A stretch of DNA of 52,469 nt from assembly GCA_020051075.1 (NCBI GenBank), contig JAGVJP010000045.1:1-52469 (forward strand), written 5' to 3'. This document shows, piece by piece, positions 50,797 through 52,469 of the stretch. The notes beneath the pieces are model-generated. The model was given only the letters and a program-made list of their open reading frames with translations, was not told the origin of the DNA and did not search any database. The DNA comes from Parachlamydiales bacterium (GTDB lineage Bacteria > Chlamydiota > Chlamydiia > Chlamydiales > Parachlamydiaceae). The position numbers were made by a program, and so were the translations under genes. The first letter of the stretch is position 1, and the number at the start of each line of letters is the position of its first letter.

Positions 50797-50997
50797 CTAT
50801 TTATTTTCTTCTAATTTCTTTTTAAGAGAATGTTCCAGCCCTTTTTTTAATTCCTTGTGATTAGGAATAGTTACCGTGTCATTTCCCTTAAACAGTTTCC
50901 AATGACTCCCTTTTCCTGCCCCAGGAACAAGCTCATAGCCCGCCTTATAAAAGAGTTTTCGCATTTCTTTTCCACTGATAGGCACTCTTATCTCCAA
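50797..50997 (-). CDS. hicA: HicA mRNA interferase toxin
   Basis: GKGSHWKL, VTIPNHKELKKG. Confidence 0.9.
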   Translation of the reverse strand: MEIRVPISGKEMRKLFYKAGYELVPGAGKGSHWKLFKGNDTVTIPNHKELKKGLEHSLKKKLEENK

Positions 50998-51161
50998 TTG
51001 CTATATTTCTATATTACCAAATATATTTGGTAGAGTCAATCGTTTTTTGACTCATTGCTAACCTAGCCTTTCGCGTCTAGGGATACTGTTTCGAACTATC
51101 ATCACTTAATTTTTCGATCTTCCAAGAGCACACATGGCCTTCTATCGCAAAATTTAAGATT

Positions 51162-51509
51162 TTAGAGGACCATAGGAAGAAGATCCGGGATTTTAGAATT
51201 TATGGATTTTTCAACAGCATGTGCTGCTTTTTCAGGGAAACAATAAAACAGGTAGCAAAATAAACCCGAAATGAACATGGACAGCACCAACATGCAAAAC
51301 CAAAATTTAGGACTTTTTAATAAAGCATTAATGAAAATTGTATCAGCATCTTTACGATTTCCGAGAGCCGCGAGTATTATTTGGATCGCATCTTCATGTC
51401 CGAGGCACTCAAGGATTTCCTCCTTTTTTGAAGACCTGTAAGGTTCAATGTTTGTAGTGCTGTTTGCTATAGTTTCGTATTTACTAATTTTTTGCTTTTT
51501 CTTATTCAT
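51162..51509 (-). CDS. Small single-TM protein translationally coupled to the ImmA-like protease
   Basis: ATG at 51509 overlaps the upstream stop by 8 nt; TM FWFCMLVLSMFISGLFCYLFYCF. Confidence 0.6.
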   Translation of the reverse strand: MNKKKQKISKYETIANSTTNIEPYRSSKKEEILECLGHEDAIQIILAALGNRKDADTIFINALLKSPKFWFCMLVLSMFISGLFCYLFYCFPEKAAHAVEKSINSKIPDLLPMVL

Positions 51510-51984
51510 TGAGCAAGCTCCGTCGGAAAGCAATAACTGCTTCAGAAACTCGAAAAATATTTGCAATCTCTTTATCAGAGATGTTCTGATCGACTAGATT
51601 CTGAAGAAAACAAAGAGGAACTAACAAATTTGCCGCAAAGCAATTCGCTTCCTGTTCTAATGGATTTTTCTCTCCTTCTATTGGCCTTCGGTAAAGTACA
51701 ACAAGATCGCGGTCTGCTTCAATTTCTTTTTGATGAAGAATCCAGTGGCCCAATTCATGAGCAATTGTAAATCGTTGTCGAGAAATCGAGTCATATTTGT
51801 TAACAAGAATCAGTTTTTTTTCAAAATCAATAAATCCGGAAACATTTTTTTCCGCAAACTCCGCAACAGCGAGATTTAACCCTTCCCCTTCGGCAATTTC
51901 TTCCAAATATATAGGAGGAGATGTGATAAAATTCTTATTTATTATCCTTTCGGCTTCATTCTTTGCCATGTTGAAATCTGCCAT
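51502..51984 (-). CDS. ImmA/IrrE-family (M78) zinc metallopeptidase without HTH fusion
   Basis: RQRFTIAHELGHWILH, EQEANCFAANLLVP, ANIFRVSEAVIAFR. Confidence 0.92.
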   Translation of the reverse strand: MADFNMAKNEAERIINKNFITSPPIYLEEIAEGEGLNLAVAEFAEKNVSGFIDFEKKLILVNKYDSISRQRFTIAHELGHWILHQKEIEADRDLVVLYRRPIEGEKNPLEQEANCFAANLLVPLCFLQNLVDQNISDKEIANIFRVSEAVIAFRRSLLNE

Positions 51985-52251
51985 TTGGTTACCCTTTCAA
52001 ATAAATCTTTAGTCCCTACGATCTGGGAAAAAACGTTAGCATAAAGTTGGTTTAGCGCTCAAGGGAAACAACATTAGAGAGGTTTTTTTCATCTTGATAT
52101 ATCGAATCAAAAGTTCTAAGTGTACACAGTAATTGGAAATCGTCAAGGTGCTCTTTTTTATAGGAATTTTTCGATTGTGTTTGTCATGGCCTGCGGGTGT
52201 GGTCTGATATGATTTTCAGAAAGAAGTTCGTTTTTGTTAGATCGTTCTTTT

Positions 52252-52270
52252 TGGTCCACTGGTGGTCCAG
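52252..52270 (+). promoter_or_regulatory. Putative integrase arm-type binding sites (right)
   Basis: TGGTCCACTGGTGGTCCAG, matching 28999-29017 in the same orientation. Confidence 0.7.
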
Positions 52271-52388
52271 TACACGGCGCGATTTCTCATTACGCTACCT
52301 AACAAAACAATATATTTAAAACCCGGGGCATGTTATCCTGTATCGTTGGAAAGGACGTCGTGATATGTGGCGTAATGAAGATACTGGA

Positions 52389-52442
52389 GACTTAAAATCC
52401 CTTGGGGGCAACCCCGTGAAGGTTCGAGTCCTTTTCCGAGCA
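52389..52442 (+). repeat. attR: duplicated 3' 54 bp of tRNA-Leu
   Basis: GACTTAAAATCCCTTGGGGGCAACCCCGTGAAGGTTCGAGTCCTTTTCCGAGCA, identical to 28882-28935. Confidence 0.97.
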
Positions 52443-52469
52443 AGGTGCCAAACCACCTGAGAGGGTTAG

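Larger units (their letters stand above)
28936..52442. mobile_element. ~23.5-kb integrative element in tRNA-Leu; PICI/phage-satellite-like with a plasmid-type maintenance block
   Basis: 54-bp att repeats, adjacent tyrosine integrase, replication genes, origin, terS, TA loci; no recognisable capsid, portal, terL or tail genes. Confidence 0.93.

Noticed and set aside
52389..52442. Second tRNA-Leu gene
   Set aside because: Lacks the 5' acceptor strand and D-arm; it is the attR duplication.
28936..52442. Intact prophage or conjugative element
   Set aside because: No recognisable terL, portal, capsid, tail, lysis, relaxase or T4SS genes between the att sites.

Overview
The window has two parts. 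Bases 1-28.9 kb are the chromosome of an environmental chlamydia (phylum Chlamydiota, probably Parachlamydiaceae-like; inferred from gene content and order). This part holds a 7-heme cytochrome c, cdd, a candidate effector with ubiquitin-interacting motifs (UIMs) and a PSAP motif, a frameshifted gapA, a glycosyltransferase, the rplC-rplQ ribosomal operon in chlamydial arrangement, hemA, asnS, nfo and tRNA-Leu(TAA). Several families of palindromic intergenic repeats are scattered through it. Bases 28936-52442 are a complete ~23.5 kb element integrated in tRNA-Leu and bounded by a perfect 54-bp direct repeat. It carries an integrase, an apparently catalytically dead second integrase, helix-turn-helix (HTH) proteins, an SF2 helicase, a RepA-type helicase, an iteron origin, a primase, two SpoVG-like proteins, a lone terminase small subunit, a candidate ejection protein and a 1689-aa polyvalent protein (two HExxH motifs, LPD38-like C-terminus). 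A plasmid-like block follows: ParA plus a ribbon-helix-helix (RHH) partner, a serine resolvase, toxin-antitoxin genes, and an ImmA-like protease paired with a membrane protein. No large terminase, portal, capsid or tail gene is recognisable. The element therefore looks like a satellite resembling a phage-inducible chromosomal island (PICI), implying a tailed helper phage of chlamydiae. All family assignments come from motifs read by eye; no database searches were run.
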